Below, one piece after another: positions 52,266-64,000 of a stretch of 64,000 bases of DNA; positions within the stretch are counted from its first letter, which is position 1, and every line of letters starts with the position of its first letter. The translations under genes and the position numbers were made by a program. Source of the DNA: Thecamonas trahens ATCC 50062 (lineage: Eukaryota > Protista > Apusomonadida); contig NW_013657631.1 in assembly GCF_000142905.1 (NCBI RefSeq), positions 124,001-188,000 of the forward strand, read 5' to 3'. Below the pieces are notes generated by a model. That model searched no databases. It saw nothing but the letters and a program-made list of their open reading frames with translations, and was not told the origin of the DNA.

Positions 52266-55200
52266 ATGAACAGCGGGTGGCAGGGAGCACCCGCGAGCTT
52301 TGACAGTCATGGAACGTATGCTACGCACCTTCCGTCGTCGTGTGTGGCCTTTGACACGGGAAGCCCTATGGTGTGGGTCGGCGGTGGCTGGGGAGGTCAC
52401 CCGTGTACGGGACGGAACACCCGAGCCATGACCCCATGGGTCACCGGTCTGGCACCTGCTACAACTGCCCGGACTGCCTCCTTTGTAGCCGGTCCTCCAG
52501 ACTCGGGGCATGTCACAGACTTGGCTTGCTACGGTGATGGCCTCGCCCTCGCCTCGCCCTCGCGGGTCCAGCTCCGGTCTCGGGCAGGAGCAAAGTTGGG
52601 AGAAATTCGGTCGGCGGAGATGACCGCCTTGTCCACCCTCATGTTCCAGCGACATGAGAGCCAGCTGCTTGCAGGTGGTGCTGCGGGAGAGCTCTTCCTC
52701 ATCGACATGGGCACCGCGCGCATCCTCAAAAAGTACGATGCCTCGTACACCATCGGCTCCACAGGCGTGGCAAAGCTTGCGGCTGCATCGGGCGCCGTCT
52801 TTGCGGGCAAGCCTGGTGGAAAGGTGCTGGTTCTAGAGCCGGATACACTGGCTCCCATCGAGGCGCTCAACGCCCACTTTGGTGCTCTGTCGGACATGGT
52901 GGTTGTCAGCGACAGCCTGGTGGCCACGGCCGGTCGGACAGCCGGCCGTGGGGGGCTCCACCTCGACCTTGCGGTCAAGATCTTTGACATCCGGATGTAC
53001 CGCGAGCTGGCGTCGATCCGTTTGCCGAGGGTCCGGCGCTGCTTGCCGCCGCCGGCACCTCGCTCATCATTGCCTCGCAGCTCGGGGTCTACGAGTCGCA
53101 CGGGGTGCTGGGCGAGTTTCTGGGGCGGAGCCACGGCGGGCAGCTTGCGCTCTCGGGCCCGCAACAGTTTCTGGTGGACATGGCCATGTCGCCGTCGGGC
53201 GCGTATCTGGGCGTTGTTGAGGCCGGCGGATGCATGCACATGCTCTCGCCGGTGCCTGCGAGCTCGACTGAGCCCGGCCCACCGCTGGTCGGCACCTCGC
53301 CCGCGAGCGAGCCGCCGCTGGTGGTGAGCAAGGGCACGCCTGCGACCGAGCCACCGACGCTCGGCGTGCTGGGCATGCCGGACGTGGCGGATCGGACGGC
53401 GCCACTGGGCCTCGGCTCGGTCTACACGCCGTACGCCGAGCTGAGCGGCGGGCCCGAGTCGATGCTCTCGGCTTGGCCTGTCGGGCTCGGCTACTCCCCG
53501 GGCCTTCCGCCGCTTGCCATTCCGGGAACCATCAAGGCGTCGCTGCGGATGGCGGGCGGCATCGGGTACGCGACCAACACCTTTGGCATCAAGCGGAACA
53601 CGGTGGCGGCCCACCGACTCGACGTGCTCGACGCCATGCGGCACGGCACAAGTCGGCCGGCGGGCCGGACCGCGTCGGGCTCGGTCATTTCGCGCTCGAC
53701 CTCGGTCCCGGTCCACCTCTCGGACGCCGGCGGGCACTCGGGCGGCGGGCTGCTGGAGGTTGGGCGGAGCGGGCGCGGGCGCGGGCGTGGGCGCGGGCGT
53801 GGGCGCGGGCGCGGGCGGGGCGGGCGAAGCGGGCGCGGACGGAGCGACATGAAGCGGTCGCGGTCGCACGGGATGGGCGACGAGTCGGGCCTGGCATCGA
53901 TGCTGGGCCCGCCGCGGCCGTACCGGCTCTTTGTTGTCCCGCAAAAGCAGGTGACGGCGACGCACTTTCGCATCGGCGAGCACTACAACAAGTCTGAGGT
54001 GTTTGCGGCGCTGGAGAACGGGTTCACCAACTGCTTTGTCAACGGCGTCCTGCAAACGCTGTTCACCATCGAGCCGTTGCGGGCGTCGCTCATTTCGCAC
54101 GTGTGCTCTGTCGAGTTTTGCCTTGCATGCGAGCTCGGCTTTCTCTTCCACAACATGGGCAAGGCGCAGGGCGCGTCGGCGCAGGCAACCAACTTTGCAC
54201 GGGCGCTCTCGCACATCAAGGTTGCGGCGAACATGTCTGTGCTCGAGCCTGAGGATCCGGACGGGTCGACGCCGTACCCGCACCTTGTCACAGCCTTTAA
54301 CCGGTTCATTGTCCCGCAGCTGCGGTCGGAGCTGGGACACGCTGATGAGCTTTTCGACACGCTCTTCCGCATGCAGGTCCGGGTGAGCGAAGAGTGCCGG
54401 GTGTGCGGGAGCAACACTGGCAAGGCGACCGGAAGCGACTGCCTCGAGTACGCGATTCCGTCGCGCGAGGTCAGCGAGGCGAGCGAGAGCAAGGCCTTCC
54501 TTGCGGGGCTCAACGGCTCGCTGAGCAAGACGCTCTCGGCGCGCGCGTGTGCAAGACGTGCGGCGACTACAAGCCGATCACTAAGCGGTCTGCGGTGGAG
54601 AACCTGCCGTGGCAGCTGGTGGTCAACGTGGGCTCGACCGAGACGAGCGCGGGATCGTTCTGGCGGTCGCCGCAGGTCAAGGTTGCGCGCGAGTTTGTGG
54701 CGGTCTCGGTCGGCGATGGCGTGCAGGCGCTTGCGCCTGGCGACGCTGTGCCGGCCGGAAGCGAGGTGCTCGGAAGGTACGCACTGTACGCGAGCGTGAT
54801 GTACGTGCACCCGCGCGCAGCAGCCGAGGCCAACGAGCCCGGTCACTGCATGGTGGCGGTCAAGGCGCCGCACGTCGAGTCGTGGCACCTGCTCAACGAT
54901 CTCATCATCACGCCTTGCTCGGCCGACGACGCTACGACATTCCACGACGAGTGGAAGGTGCCTGCCGCGCTGTACTACCGCAAGGTGGCCGATGGCGCGG
55001 TGCCGGACATCCTGCGCGAAGCATGTGTGGTGACCAACCATGTGGTTGCTTCGGTCCTTCCGCAGCCGCTCCCGCCTCCGGGCGAGGGCGAGATGCGGCT
55101 GGCGGCGCTCGACGCCGAGTTTGTGGCGCTCTCCAACGACGAGAAGGAGCTCGACGCGTACGGTGAGACGCGGATTCTGCGGCACCGGCGGCTGGCGCTT

Positions 55201-55703
55201 GCGCGGGTCTCGGTCCTCCTTGGCGACGAGTCGGTCATTGTGGACGACTACATCGCTGCTGCCGAGCCGGTTGTCGACCATCTAACCCAGTTCTCAGGCA
55301 TCCAGCCGGGCGACCTCGACCCTGCCACGTCGCCGTATCCGCTCGTCACTCTCAAGGACGCGTACCTCAAGATTCGCTGGCTCGCCGACGCCGGGTACGT
55401 TTTTGCGGCCATGGCCTTAAGAAGGACTTCCGTATGATCAACATCGTCGTCCCGCACGAGCAGATTGTCGACACCGTCGACCTCTTCTACATCGCCAAGC
55501 AGCGGCGGCTCAAGCTGTCGTTCCTCTCGCGCCACCTCCTCGACGAGACCATCCAGGTCGACACCCACGACTCGGTCGAGGACGCGCGCGCCGCCCTCCT
55601 TCTCTACAAGAAGTGGCTCGAGCTCAAGGCCGTATCCGACTACCGGGTCTCGGAGGAGCTGGCCCGGCTGTACGATGCCGGGCGGGTGCACGGGTGGTCG
55701 TAG
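52266..55703 (+). CDS. PAN2: PAN2 poly(A) deadenylase catalytic subunit, with apparent frameshifts near 53018, 54549 and 55404
   Basis: WD40 region (AHFGALSDM, VKIFDIRM), pseudo-USP region (LENGFTNCFVN, CLACELGFLF) and DEDD nuclease (LDAEFV, LARVSV, DHLTQFSGI.PGDLD, GHGLKKDFRMIN, HDSVEDA). Confidence 0.95.
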
Positions 55704-55789
55704 CAGGCTGGGCAGGAGCAAATGTGGTACGATGACCTGTTTTAGTCGGGACGGCAGTGGCAGTGCCGAGATGGGAACCTGCTCAGCAC

Positions 55790-56383
55790 TTAGCGCTCGG
55801 CCGGCATGCGGATGCCGTAGAGGGCCTCGGCCTGGGCACGAAGGTTGGGAGCCTCGACGGGATCGCGGGCGTCACCGAGATAGTCGGCAAAGGAGATAGA
55901 CTCATCGGCGCCCGAGAGGGTGTCGAGGGCGACAAACGACGACGGAAGGCCCGGGAGGCGGTGGTACTGCGAGAAGACGGCAGCCTCAAACTGGGTGCGG
56001 AGGAAGGCATGCGAGCCAAAGGTGGCGTCCAGAGCGTGCTTGGTCAGAGCAGCCTCCTGGGCCGGCGCGTTGGCCTCGATGGCCTCCACCGGGTGCATGG
56101 GCCGGAGTTCGGCAGCGACCGTGTTGCCGAGTCCCGCAGTCATAGGATCAACCATCGCATGCGAGGTCATCCCCACAGCAGGCATGGCCTGCTTCGGCAC
56201 AGCAGACGGCTTCAACGACGCCTGTGCGTGTGGTGTGGGGTAGGGGCGGTGGTGGTGAGGAAAAGGTCGTAGAAGTGGGAGGGGGGGAAGGGGGGAGGGA
56301 GTGACAGGTCGCACTCTGGGGGGGGGAGGGGAAGGTGGGTCAGGGGGGGTAGGGGGGGGGGGGGGGGGTAGGAGGCGTACCAT
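55790..56383 (-). CDS. POMP: Proteasome maturation factor UMP1/POMP
   Basis: ATG-only exon 56383..56381, intron 56380..56222. Motifs HPVE, FGSHAFLRTQFE and RLPGLPSSFVALDTLSGADESISFADYL. Confidence 0.92.
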   Translation of the reverse strand: MVRLLPPPPPPTPPDPPSPPPPRVRPVTPSPLPPLPLLRPFPHHHRPYPTPHAQASLKPSAVPKQAMPAVGMTSHAMVDPMTAGLGNTVAAELRPMHPVEAIEANAPAQEAALTKHALDATFGSHAFLRTQFEAAVFSQYHRLPGLPSSFVALDTLSGADESISFADYLGDARDPVEAPNLRAQAEALYGIRMPAER

Positions 56384-56775
56384 AGTTGTATGTATGGTAG
56401 TGGTGTTGTATGTGGTGGTGGGTGTGGTGGTGGGTGTGGTGGGGTGTTGGTGTTGGTGTTGGTGGTATGTCTGTGCGTGTGTGTGTGTGTGTGTGGTGGT
56501 GGTGGCGGGTGGTGGGTTTGATCGGTTGGTTGGTTGGTTGGGGTGGTTGGGGTGGATGGAGGTAGTGATGGATGGATGGTTGGGATGGTTGGGTTGGTTG
56601 GCTGGTTGGGTTTGATCGGTTGGATGGAGGTAGTGATGGTTGGATGGTGGGTTTGATCGGTTGGATGGTGGGTTTGATCGGTTGGTTGGTTGGTTGGTTG
56701 GTGGATCTGATCGAAGCGGCGCAGTGCATACTCGAGCAGAGTGTTGCGATGGAATGGTTAGGGTCAGGGCGAGAG

Positions 56776-58190
56776 TCATCGACGACCGCCTGGGAGGAGG
56801 AGGCCAGGATAATGGTAGTGTCCGGCATTGTAGGGGATCGGCCCAGGGCCACCACCGGGACCCATCTGCTGGAGGTGGTAGCCCGGTGGGAGGTAATGGC
56901 CGCGGCCGTGCGGAGAGCCCGGGGCAGGGACCGGCGGAATGTGGACGCCTGGGACCGGCGGCTGGCCCCGCGGCGGCGGCATGGGCATGCCCTGCGCACG
57001 TCCGCCACGACGGCGCTCGCGTTCGCCGCCGAGGAGGAGCATGCCTTTGGAGCGTGAGCGCGTCCGCGATTGCTTGGCGGGGCCGGCCCAGGGCTTGGCA
57101 TGCTTGGCTCGCTTGGCGTGCTTGGCGTGGGCGCGGATCATCTCGGACTGCGGCGGAAGCACTCCCTCGTCGCGCCAAAAGTTGTTCCAGTCGTCCTCGT
57201 AGTACGAGTAGTCGTCGAGCTCGAGGAAGGTGTCGCCGATGGCTGTGGCCACCGTTGTCTCCTCGTCGGCAGTAAGCGCGGTGTCGAGGGTTGAGAGAGT
57301 GTCGACCGATGACAGGTTGGTATCCAGCGTATCGCTCGACGACGACGAGTACGACGAGTCGGAGCTCGACGACGACGACGAGTAAGATGCCGCCGTCGTG
57401 GTGAGCGTCGACATAGCGGTCGTTGTCTCGCACGTCGCCGTCGATGAGACCGCAGTAGTGGTGAACGTTGACGCCGTCGACGCCGTCGAAGCCGTTGTTG
57501 GTGAGAAGCCTGTCGTCGACTTGCCACGCGGCCGCATCCGCACCTGGGTAACCTCGGTCGTCGTCGACGCCTCTGCGGACGAGCTCTCAAACGACGAGTA
57601 CGCCGACGAGATAAAGACTGTGGTCGTCGCCGGACCCATCCGCATCGCCTTGCCCTTCTTGCCGCCCACAGCACCCATGGTGGTCATCTCGACGCCACGG
57701 CTTCTTCTCCCAGCCTTGCCCTTGGTTCGGGACTTTGCATCCTTGGATCGCGACGCAGTCGGCTTGGAGTGCTTGGATGACTTGGAGTGCTGGGAGTGCT
57801 GGGAGTGCTTGGATGACTTGCGTGCCGCCGGCTTGTCCTGCCCGCCTCTGGCCTTGGCTCTTGCTCGCGCGCCTCGTGCTCTGCTCGGAGCTGGTGCCGG
57901 CATACCCGCCGCCACCCTGCTCTTGCTGTAGCTGCTTGTCCTCTCGCGGCTCCCCTTCCACCCTTGCTCTTGCTCTTGCTCTTGCTCTTGCTCTTGCCCT
58001 TGCTCTTGTCGGTCCCTGTTCCTGTCCCTGTCCCCGTCCCCGTCCCCGTGCTCCTGCTCCTGCTCCTGCTCCTGCTCCGACCCGCCGGTCCTCTCGCCTT
58101 GTCCACCCTGGGCCGAGCCCTCCTCCCACTCCCGCTCTTGCTCCCGTAGCCCTCGTCCATGCTCGGCGACGAAGATCCAGACTTGCCCAT
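56776..58190 (-). CDS. Hypothetical low-complexity protein (K/S-rich, T/S-rich and acidic), probably frameshifted near 57940
   Basis: ATG 58190 (MGKSGSSSPS) continues into the frame of ORF 56776..58245. Unique segment YEDDWNNFWRDEGVLPPQSEMIR. Confidence 0.5.
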
Positions 58191-59187
58191 GTCGCCCTCG
58201 TGCTGTGCCCCGAGTGCGGTGATGGCGGATGTGGGTGGCCACCAATGGCGTCGCTGCTAGTCTCGCACCAGCCCCGACAGTCTCGCACAGTCGGTTGCCT
58301 CATTGGCGATGGTTTTTGTGTGGCCGGGGTTTGGATTCTGAGTGGCGCACATGACAGTTAACATAAATTTTTACCCCATGCGCTCCTCACGTTTCAGGTC
58401 TGGGACTTTGCGCTTCCTCTGATGCCTACAGCTGGATTCGGCCGGAAACGAGGTTGGAGGTGCTGTGTGAGGCCGAGAATAAAGTGCACCCTTGCAGCAA
58501 TGGGCGTTGTCGAAGAGAGAGTGTTGGCTGGGTGTGATGGTGATGGTAGGAGTGTCAGAGTGTTTGCCAATGCGGTTTCGCAGAGACTCGGTCAGCATCG
58601 AGGTGTTGACTGCGGTCGCAGTGTAATTCTGGGTGTAGGCAGCAGGCTACCCAAGCGCTCCAGCTGTAGACAGGTACTCAGGGCAGTACATGTGTGCTCT
58701 GACTAGTCACTCCAAGAGAATAGTCTTGGTCGGCTTCAACCGACCGTTTGGAGGCCGTGCGGAACAGGTCGCACTCAAGCTGTCGACCCGGTGAGAGCAC
58801 TCCAAACGAATCTTTGCTCCACCACCCAACGCACCCTCTGATGTGAAACTTTCTCGGCCCGACAAGCCTGGCACAGAACCCTCCTGCAGTACAGCATATC
58901 AAGGCAAGGTAGAGGAGATGATTGAGCACATATGCAGCTGGCTGAAGCTTGCTTGTCTGGGTGGAGGCGAGCAGGAGTGCCTGCGCCGGACATAGGACCG
59001 GGATCATCAAGCTGGGGGAAGCAGCCAATTTTGCGCTTCCGCTCGAAAACTCGTGCCACGCACTCGGCACTCCACTCCCCGTCTCGAGGTGCGGGGGTAT
59101 CTGCATTGCAGCATTCCGGGTATCTCACCGCTCGAGATCTTCACCCCGTACTCCCACACCCACTACGCATTTGTGAGCTCGCAAGCA

Positions 59188-60395
59188 ATGTCAGGGTGTG
59201 GCTGTGCGGGGGGAGAGGGCGAGTCGTCGAACACGGCTGCTCGTACGAACCCGTTGTCCAATATCAGCCGCTCTCCGCGTCTCGACAACAACATTGGCAG
59301 CAGGTCTGGTGCCGAGCCACCGACACTGCCCCAGAACAGCGAACCTATGCGATTGGACTGCTGCTCGGCCAACTGCACCTCATGCACTTGTAGGCTCACC
59401 CTTGCCTTTCTCGAAGACGATGGCGTCTCGCCGTCCAGCAGAGCCTCAGCTACTGATGAAATTCGCGCGTGCAAGTGTTGCCAAAAGTGCGGCGGCATTG
59501 CCCAATTTGCCGATGTCAAGGCGCCGTCACCCAAGACGTCGTCGCCGGAACCGCCGCCGCTCCAGCTCGCCCCACTGCACATATCCGAGCCTTTGGCTAC
59601 CGACCGAGTCTCACACGCTCAGCAGCCACTGGTAGGCTCCGAAGGCATGGCCGAAGAAGCACCACTGCCGATCTACAGCGGCGGCCGTAGCAGTGGCGGC
59701 TTGATGTCGTCAAGCGATATGGTGTATGTGGGGCCATCGGTCGACAACGCTGCGCCGTCGGCGGCCGAGGCGCTGACGCACATGCTCTCGGGCTTTCCCA
59801 GCCACGCACCCATGCATTTTGGAGCGTACCCGGGCATTGGTCCGCTCACTGGGCTGCCGCTTTCATCGTCGGGCGTCTTTCCGTCGTACCATTCCTCACT
59901 GCCGCCGACTCCGTCGTCGCAGCACCGCGCGTCGCCCAACCTGGGCGCGCACTCGCACTCGCACTCGCACTCGCACTCGCACTCGCACTCGCATTCGGCG
60001 CCGCCGACGCAGATGCTGACTTCTCAGCATCCGTCGCAATCGGGCCTCGCTGCCCATGCTCTGGCTGTGACCGCCGCGCTCCTCCACTCTGGCGGACGCC
60101 GGCCTACGCCCCGGGCAAGACGCACGCGTGCGATGTGCCGGGCTGCGGCGAGTTCTTCTCGCGGCGATCCAACCTCATGCGTCACATGGCATCAGTTCAC
60201 GGCCAAGCGCGCTCCCATGTGTGCGCGCGGTGCGGCCAGTCGTTCTCTCGAGGCGATGCTCTCCGCCGGCACGTCATCCGCCGCCACCAGGACGGGCCCA
60301 AGCCGGTCTTCCAGTGTACCATCTGCTCGCAGGCCTTCACTCGCGCCTCATCTCTTCGCCGCCATAAGGGGCGCATCCACCCCGATGCGTCGTGA
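59188..60395 (+). CDS. C2H2 zinc-finger transcription factor (3 fingers) with a Cys-rich N-terminus, with an apparent frameshift near 60064
   Basis: Fingers CDVPGC..F.RRSNLMRH..VH, CARC..F.RGDALRRH..RH and CTIC..F.RASSLRRH..IH. Confidence 0.8.
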
Positions 60396-60830
60396 CTCGT
60401 CCCCAAGTTCTTCGTTGTCTTGGCTCTCCTTTCCCGTGAGGCGATCTGCTGATCTGGGTGTTGACCACCCCACCCCCTCCCCGAGACCGCTCCCCCCTTT
60501 GATCTCACGCCCTCTTGCGTGCGATGATATCCTAAACTACGTTGGAGCCAGAGCACCGTCTCTTCACCCACGACGCGACGCGGGCCACAGTGAGCCTCCT
60601 GAGTCCTGATCCGATGAGGCTGGCAGGTGTAGGCTCACGATGGGCAAGCGCTGACTCTGTGCTCAAGCCACACCTGGCCGGGGCGTGTTCTGATCTGATT
60701 AGGCTGGCATGTGTGGGCTCGTGGTGAGCAAGAAGTGGCGAGCGATGACGGCGAGCGAATATGATGAGACGGATGGACGGGCGAGCGATGATGATGAAGC
60801 GAAGCGGGCACCACTCGTCGTCGTCGGCGA

Positions 60831-62655
60831 ATGTCACGCGCGACGGGAGGGGCGGCGGATGTCAACCTCTCGGGGCTTCTGAGCACCACCACGTTGTCTT
60901 CCTCATCCGAGTGCGGACGAGGAGAGAGTAGTAGCAGAGGTGGTGAGGAACATGTATGCGGGCGTGGCCTGCTCTGGAGCTCGTCAGACGATAACTCGGG
61001 CGCTGCCTCGCCTTCGCTCCCTCCGCTCACACCTGCCACTTGGCCAAGTCGGCCGCCGGTGACCGAGGACGTGGGCAAGGACAACGCTCCCGCAGGCATG
61101 GCCATGACCGAAGCCATGGCAGGCATTGCGATCAGTGATGGGACTGGCGAAGAATCTCTGGGTGGCCATGGCAGTAGAGGTGGTGCTGGAGGAAGCTGGC
61201 CAAGGGCAAAGTCATATGGGAGCTCTCCGTCGCCGCCATCGGCCTTTGCTGGTGGCCTCCGTGGCTCGCCGAGTACGCCGCTGTTGGCGACGGGCAGTCT
61301 TGGCCGAGGTGACGACATGATCAACGCGCTCGAGGTCATGACCGAGACTACTGTGCTCAAGCCGACCGAGCTGGACTCCGAGTCGGCTTCGCCGTTGTCA
61401 ACAGGCATCAACCTGACCAACACCGTGGTGGGCGCGGGCGTCGTCGCCCTGCCCTACGCCTTTGCCTCGATGGGCATTCTTCTGGGCTCTGTCATGGTCC
61501 TCATCATTGCGCTCCTTGCTGACTACTCTCTGCGCCTGCTGGTGCGGACAGCAGCGACGTTTGGCTACATCTCGTTTGAGCACATGGGCCACGCCGCGTG
61601 GGCACCCGCGGGCGGGTCGGCGTCCAGTGCACCCTCCTTGTTCTCCTCCTCGGGTCACTGGTGGCGTATCTGGTGATTATTGCCGACTCGCTGACGCCGA
61701 TTGTCCGGGCGCTTGCCGATGCCCCGGCCGATCCGTCGGCCGTGTACCTCCAGTCGTGGTTTGTGGTCATGGCTCACACCGTGGTTGTCATCCTGCCGCT
61801 AGTCCTCATTCGACGCATCGACACACTCAAGTACTCGTCGGTCCTCTCACTGGTCTCGGTCGCGCTCCTGGTCATCTTTGTTATCACCCGCTCGTTCACG
61901 CTCAACGCTGTCGGGCCGGCGCCGGCGCCCACGCCGCCGCCGCCGGTGGCGTATGCTACCCGCTCGCGCATCACCGACACCAGCGGCCAGGCAAAGCTCG
62001 GGCGGTTCGGCTCGCGCATTTTTGTCGCCCTTCCTATCGTGTGCTTCACCTTTACTTCGCACCCCAACGTGCTGCTCCTCTACTACCAGCTCCGCGGGCG
62101 GACAAGCAAGCGAATGGGGCGGATCATCCACGGTTCGGTCGGCGCGTCGGCCGGCCTCTACCTCGCCATCGGCATCTTTGGCTATTTCACGTTCCTCGGT
62201 GAGACAAAGGGCAACGTGCTGACCAACTACGCCGACGCCGGCGATGCGTTTGCCAACATTGTGCGCGGCGCGCTCGTGGTTGCCATCACCTGTTCGTACC
62301 CGCTGCTCTCGTACCCGTGCATCTCGACTCTCGACGTCCTCCTCGTCCCGTCGTTTATGGGCGTCAAGGCGCCGAGCTCGCGCTGGTACCTCGAGTCGGT
62401 CGTCCTCGTTGCCGCTACTCTCGCGCTCGCCATCGCTGTTCCGTCGATCACGGTGGTCTTTTCGCTCACCGGTGCCACTGCTGCCGTCGCCATCTGCTTT
62501 GTCCTCCCAGGCCTCTTCTTTGTCAAGCTCACCGAGCGATCTCTCGTCCGCCGCGACATGTTGGCCATCATCACTCTCGTGGGCACTGGCATGTTTTTGG
62601 CATCGTCACGACTGTTGTCATCATCCAAGACATAGTTCGCAACGGCATCGATTGA
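60831..62655 (+). CDS. SLC38/AAAP-family amino acid transporter, with apparent frameshifts near 61601 and 62598
   Basis: Motifs NLTNTVVGAGVVALPYAF, LPIVCFTFTSHPNV, GYFTFLGETKGNVLTNY and VFSLTGAT. Confidence 0.92.
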
Positions 62656-62790
62656 ATCATACTCACAATCCGAGCTGGCCACATTGAACATCTGTTTGCC
62701 GTGAGTCGAGCGTCAAGCGCCGAGCGTGGTTCGGTGGCGTGGCTTGGTGGCGTGACAACACACTCCACTGAGCGGCGCAGCACCAAGTCG

Positions 62791-63972
62791 ATGCAAGCGA
62801 CGCCCATTCTCACACGACCGTCTCTCGCCAGCTTGCCCCTTGAGCTCCTCCACCTCATTGCATTTGAGTTTGCAATCCTTGCGCCTGCCGATGTTGTGGC
62901 CTGGGCTTGCGCCTCGAAGCGGTTCCATGCGGCGCTGCTGAGCCGCGGCTACCCGCGGGTGAGGAGCCAGGCTCTTCTCGGACCGCTCGCGTGCATCCAG
63001 CGCGGGCTTTTTGACGCTGCACGATGGGCCATCGCCCACGGCGCAACGACGAGCAGCAGCAAGAGCAAGGACACGGATGATGGATTCGAGCTGCTCTCTG
63101 CGCTCTGTGCTGAAGACATGGTGCTCACGGGCGCCGTCGACTCGGACGGCTGGATCGGGGTTCTCGATGAGATCATCACTCGCATGCCGAGCGTGGCTCT
63201 CTGTAAGCCGGAAGTGACGTGGATTGGGACAGTCAATTCACCGCTGGTGCTCCGCTTGGCGACTATCGGCGCGGCCCGCGGCCTGCGGCATGTCTTTGGC
63301 CGGACCGATATCGAGGTCGACGCCTCAGTCGGCAACAACGTAGCGCTTGTTACGGCAGCAAGCCGCGGGCACGCAGCTGCCGTTGCCGTCCTTCTCGACA
63401 GATTTGAGGTCTCGCACAGCGCTCGCAACAACGGGGCGTTTCTGCAGGCCTGTCGCAAGGGACACTACGATGTTGTGGAGCTTCTCCTTGCCCGCGACGA
63501 TATCGATCACACCAACGACAACTTTGAGGGCTTCCAGCGGGCGGCGCAGTTTGGGCATCTCGACGTTGTCCGGCTCCTGCTTGACCTGCCGGACAAGCCG
63601 CCGGCCAAGGCGAGTAACTTTGCCTTTGCCGCCGCCGCCGGCCTTGGCCATCTCGCCATGCTCCGCCTGCTCCACGCCTCACCTGGCGTGGTCGTCGATC
63701 CCGGCCATCGCGACTCGATAGCGCTCCGCTGGGCGGTAAGCAACGGCCACCGCGAGACTGTCGAGTGGCTCCTCGACATTGGTGGCTTTCAAGTCTCGGC
63801 ACGCGACTACAGCGCCGTTCTCAGCGCGGCGTCGCGGTATCCCGATCTCGTCCCCATTCTCCTTGCCCACGAACCTGCGCCGCTCCCGGATGGCGTCCGC
63901 GAGCGTGCCATCGAGCTTGCCAACGAGGCCGAACACGCGGGTGCGGTGGCCGCACTGGCTGCAGCGCCGTGA
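62791..63972 (+). CDS. Ankyrin-repeat protein with an N-terminal F-box-like motif
   Basis: SLASLPLELLHLI...ACASKRF, then repeats AASRGHAAAVAVLL, ACRKGHYDVVELLL, AAQFGHLDVVRLLL and AVSNGHRETVEWLL. Confidence 0.85.
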   Translation: MQATPILTRPSLASLPLELLHLIAFEFAILAPADVVAWACASKRFHAALLSRGYPRVRSQALLGPLACIQRGLFDAARWAIAHGATTSSSKSKDTDDGFELLSALCAEDMVLTGAVDSDGWIGVLDEIITRMPSVALCKPEVTWIGTVNSPLVLRLATIGAARGLRHVFGRTDIEVDASVGNNVALVTAASRGHAAAVAVLLDRFEVSHSARNNGAFLQACRKGHYDVVELLLARDDIDHTNDNFEGFQRAAQFGHLDVVRLLLDLPDKPPAKASNFAFAAAAGLGHLAMLRLLHASPGVVVDPGHRDSIALRWAVSNGHRETVEWLLDIGGFQVSARDYSAVLSAASRYPDLVPILLAHEPAPLPDGVRERAIELANEAEHAGAVAALAAAP

Positions 63973-64000
63973 CGATGTGTCTCTGGCCACGATGTAAACG

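Noticed and set aside
52266-55703. PAN2 and other frameshifted genes as pseudogenes
   Set aside because: Catalytic motifs are intact, no in-frame stops appear after single-base homopolymer correction, and codon bias is maintained.
58370-59180. Possible ncRNA or small gene in the long divergent intergenic region
   Set aside because: No tRNA, snoRNA box pair or convincing ORF could be identified by eye. A covariance-model search would be needed.

Overview
GC-rich, very gene-dense eukaryotic nuclear DNA with few short GT-AG introns, C/G homopolymer tracts, microsatellites and four N gaps. The style suggests a unicellular phagotrophic protist such as the apusomonad Thecamonas, but that is an inference. 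About 28 protein-coding genes can be supported. Recognisable housekeeping genes are condensin CAP-G, mitochondrial RNA polymerase, PAN2, UMP1/POMP, AHA1, calpain-15/SOL, an AGC kinase, and NHA-, MFS- and SLC38-type transporters. About 13 apparent frameshifts are each repaired by adding one base to a homopolymer, so they are most likely assembly errors. The most unusual genes are: (1) a Pol-beta-fold nucleotidyltransferase with a histone H3 tail mimic at its N-terminus, a second internal H3-like motif and an NPF/FG repeat tail; (2) a secreted, triplicated M15 peptidase/peptidoglycan-binding protein with only one intact catalytic module; (3) a BPI/LBP-granulin fusion; (4) a DHHC pseudo-enzyme (RLHS); (5) an orphan, degenerate DEAD-box RecA2 domain inside a prion-like protein; (6) a three-block PPR protein. 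No rRNA, tRNA, CRISPR array or mobile element was recognised.
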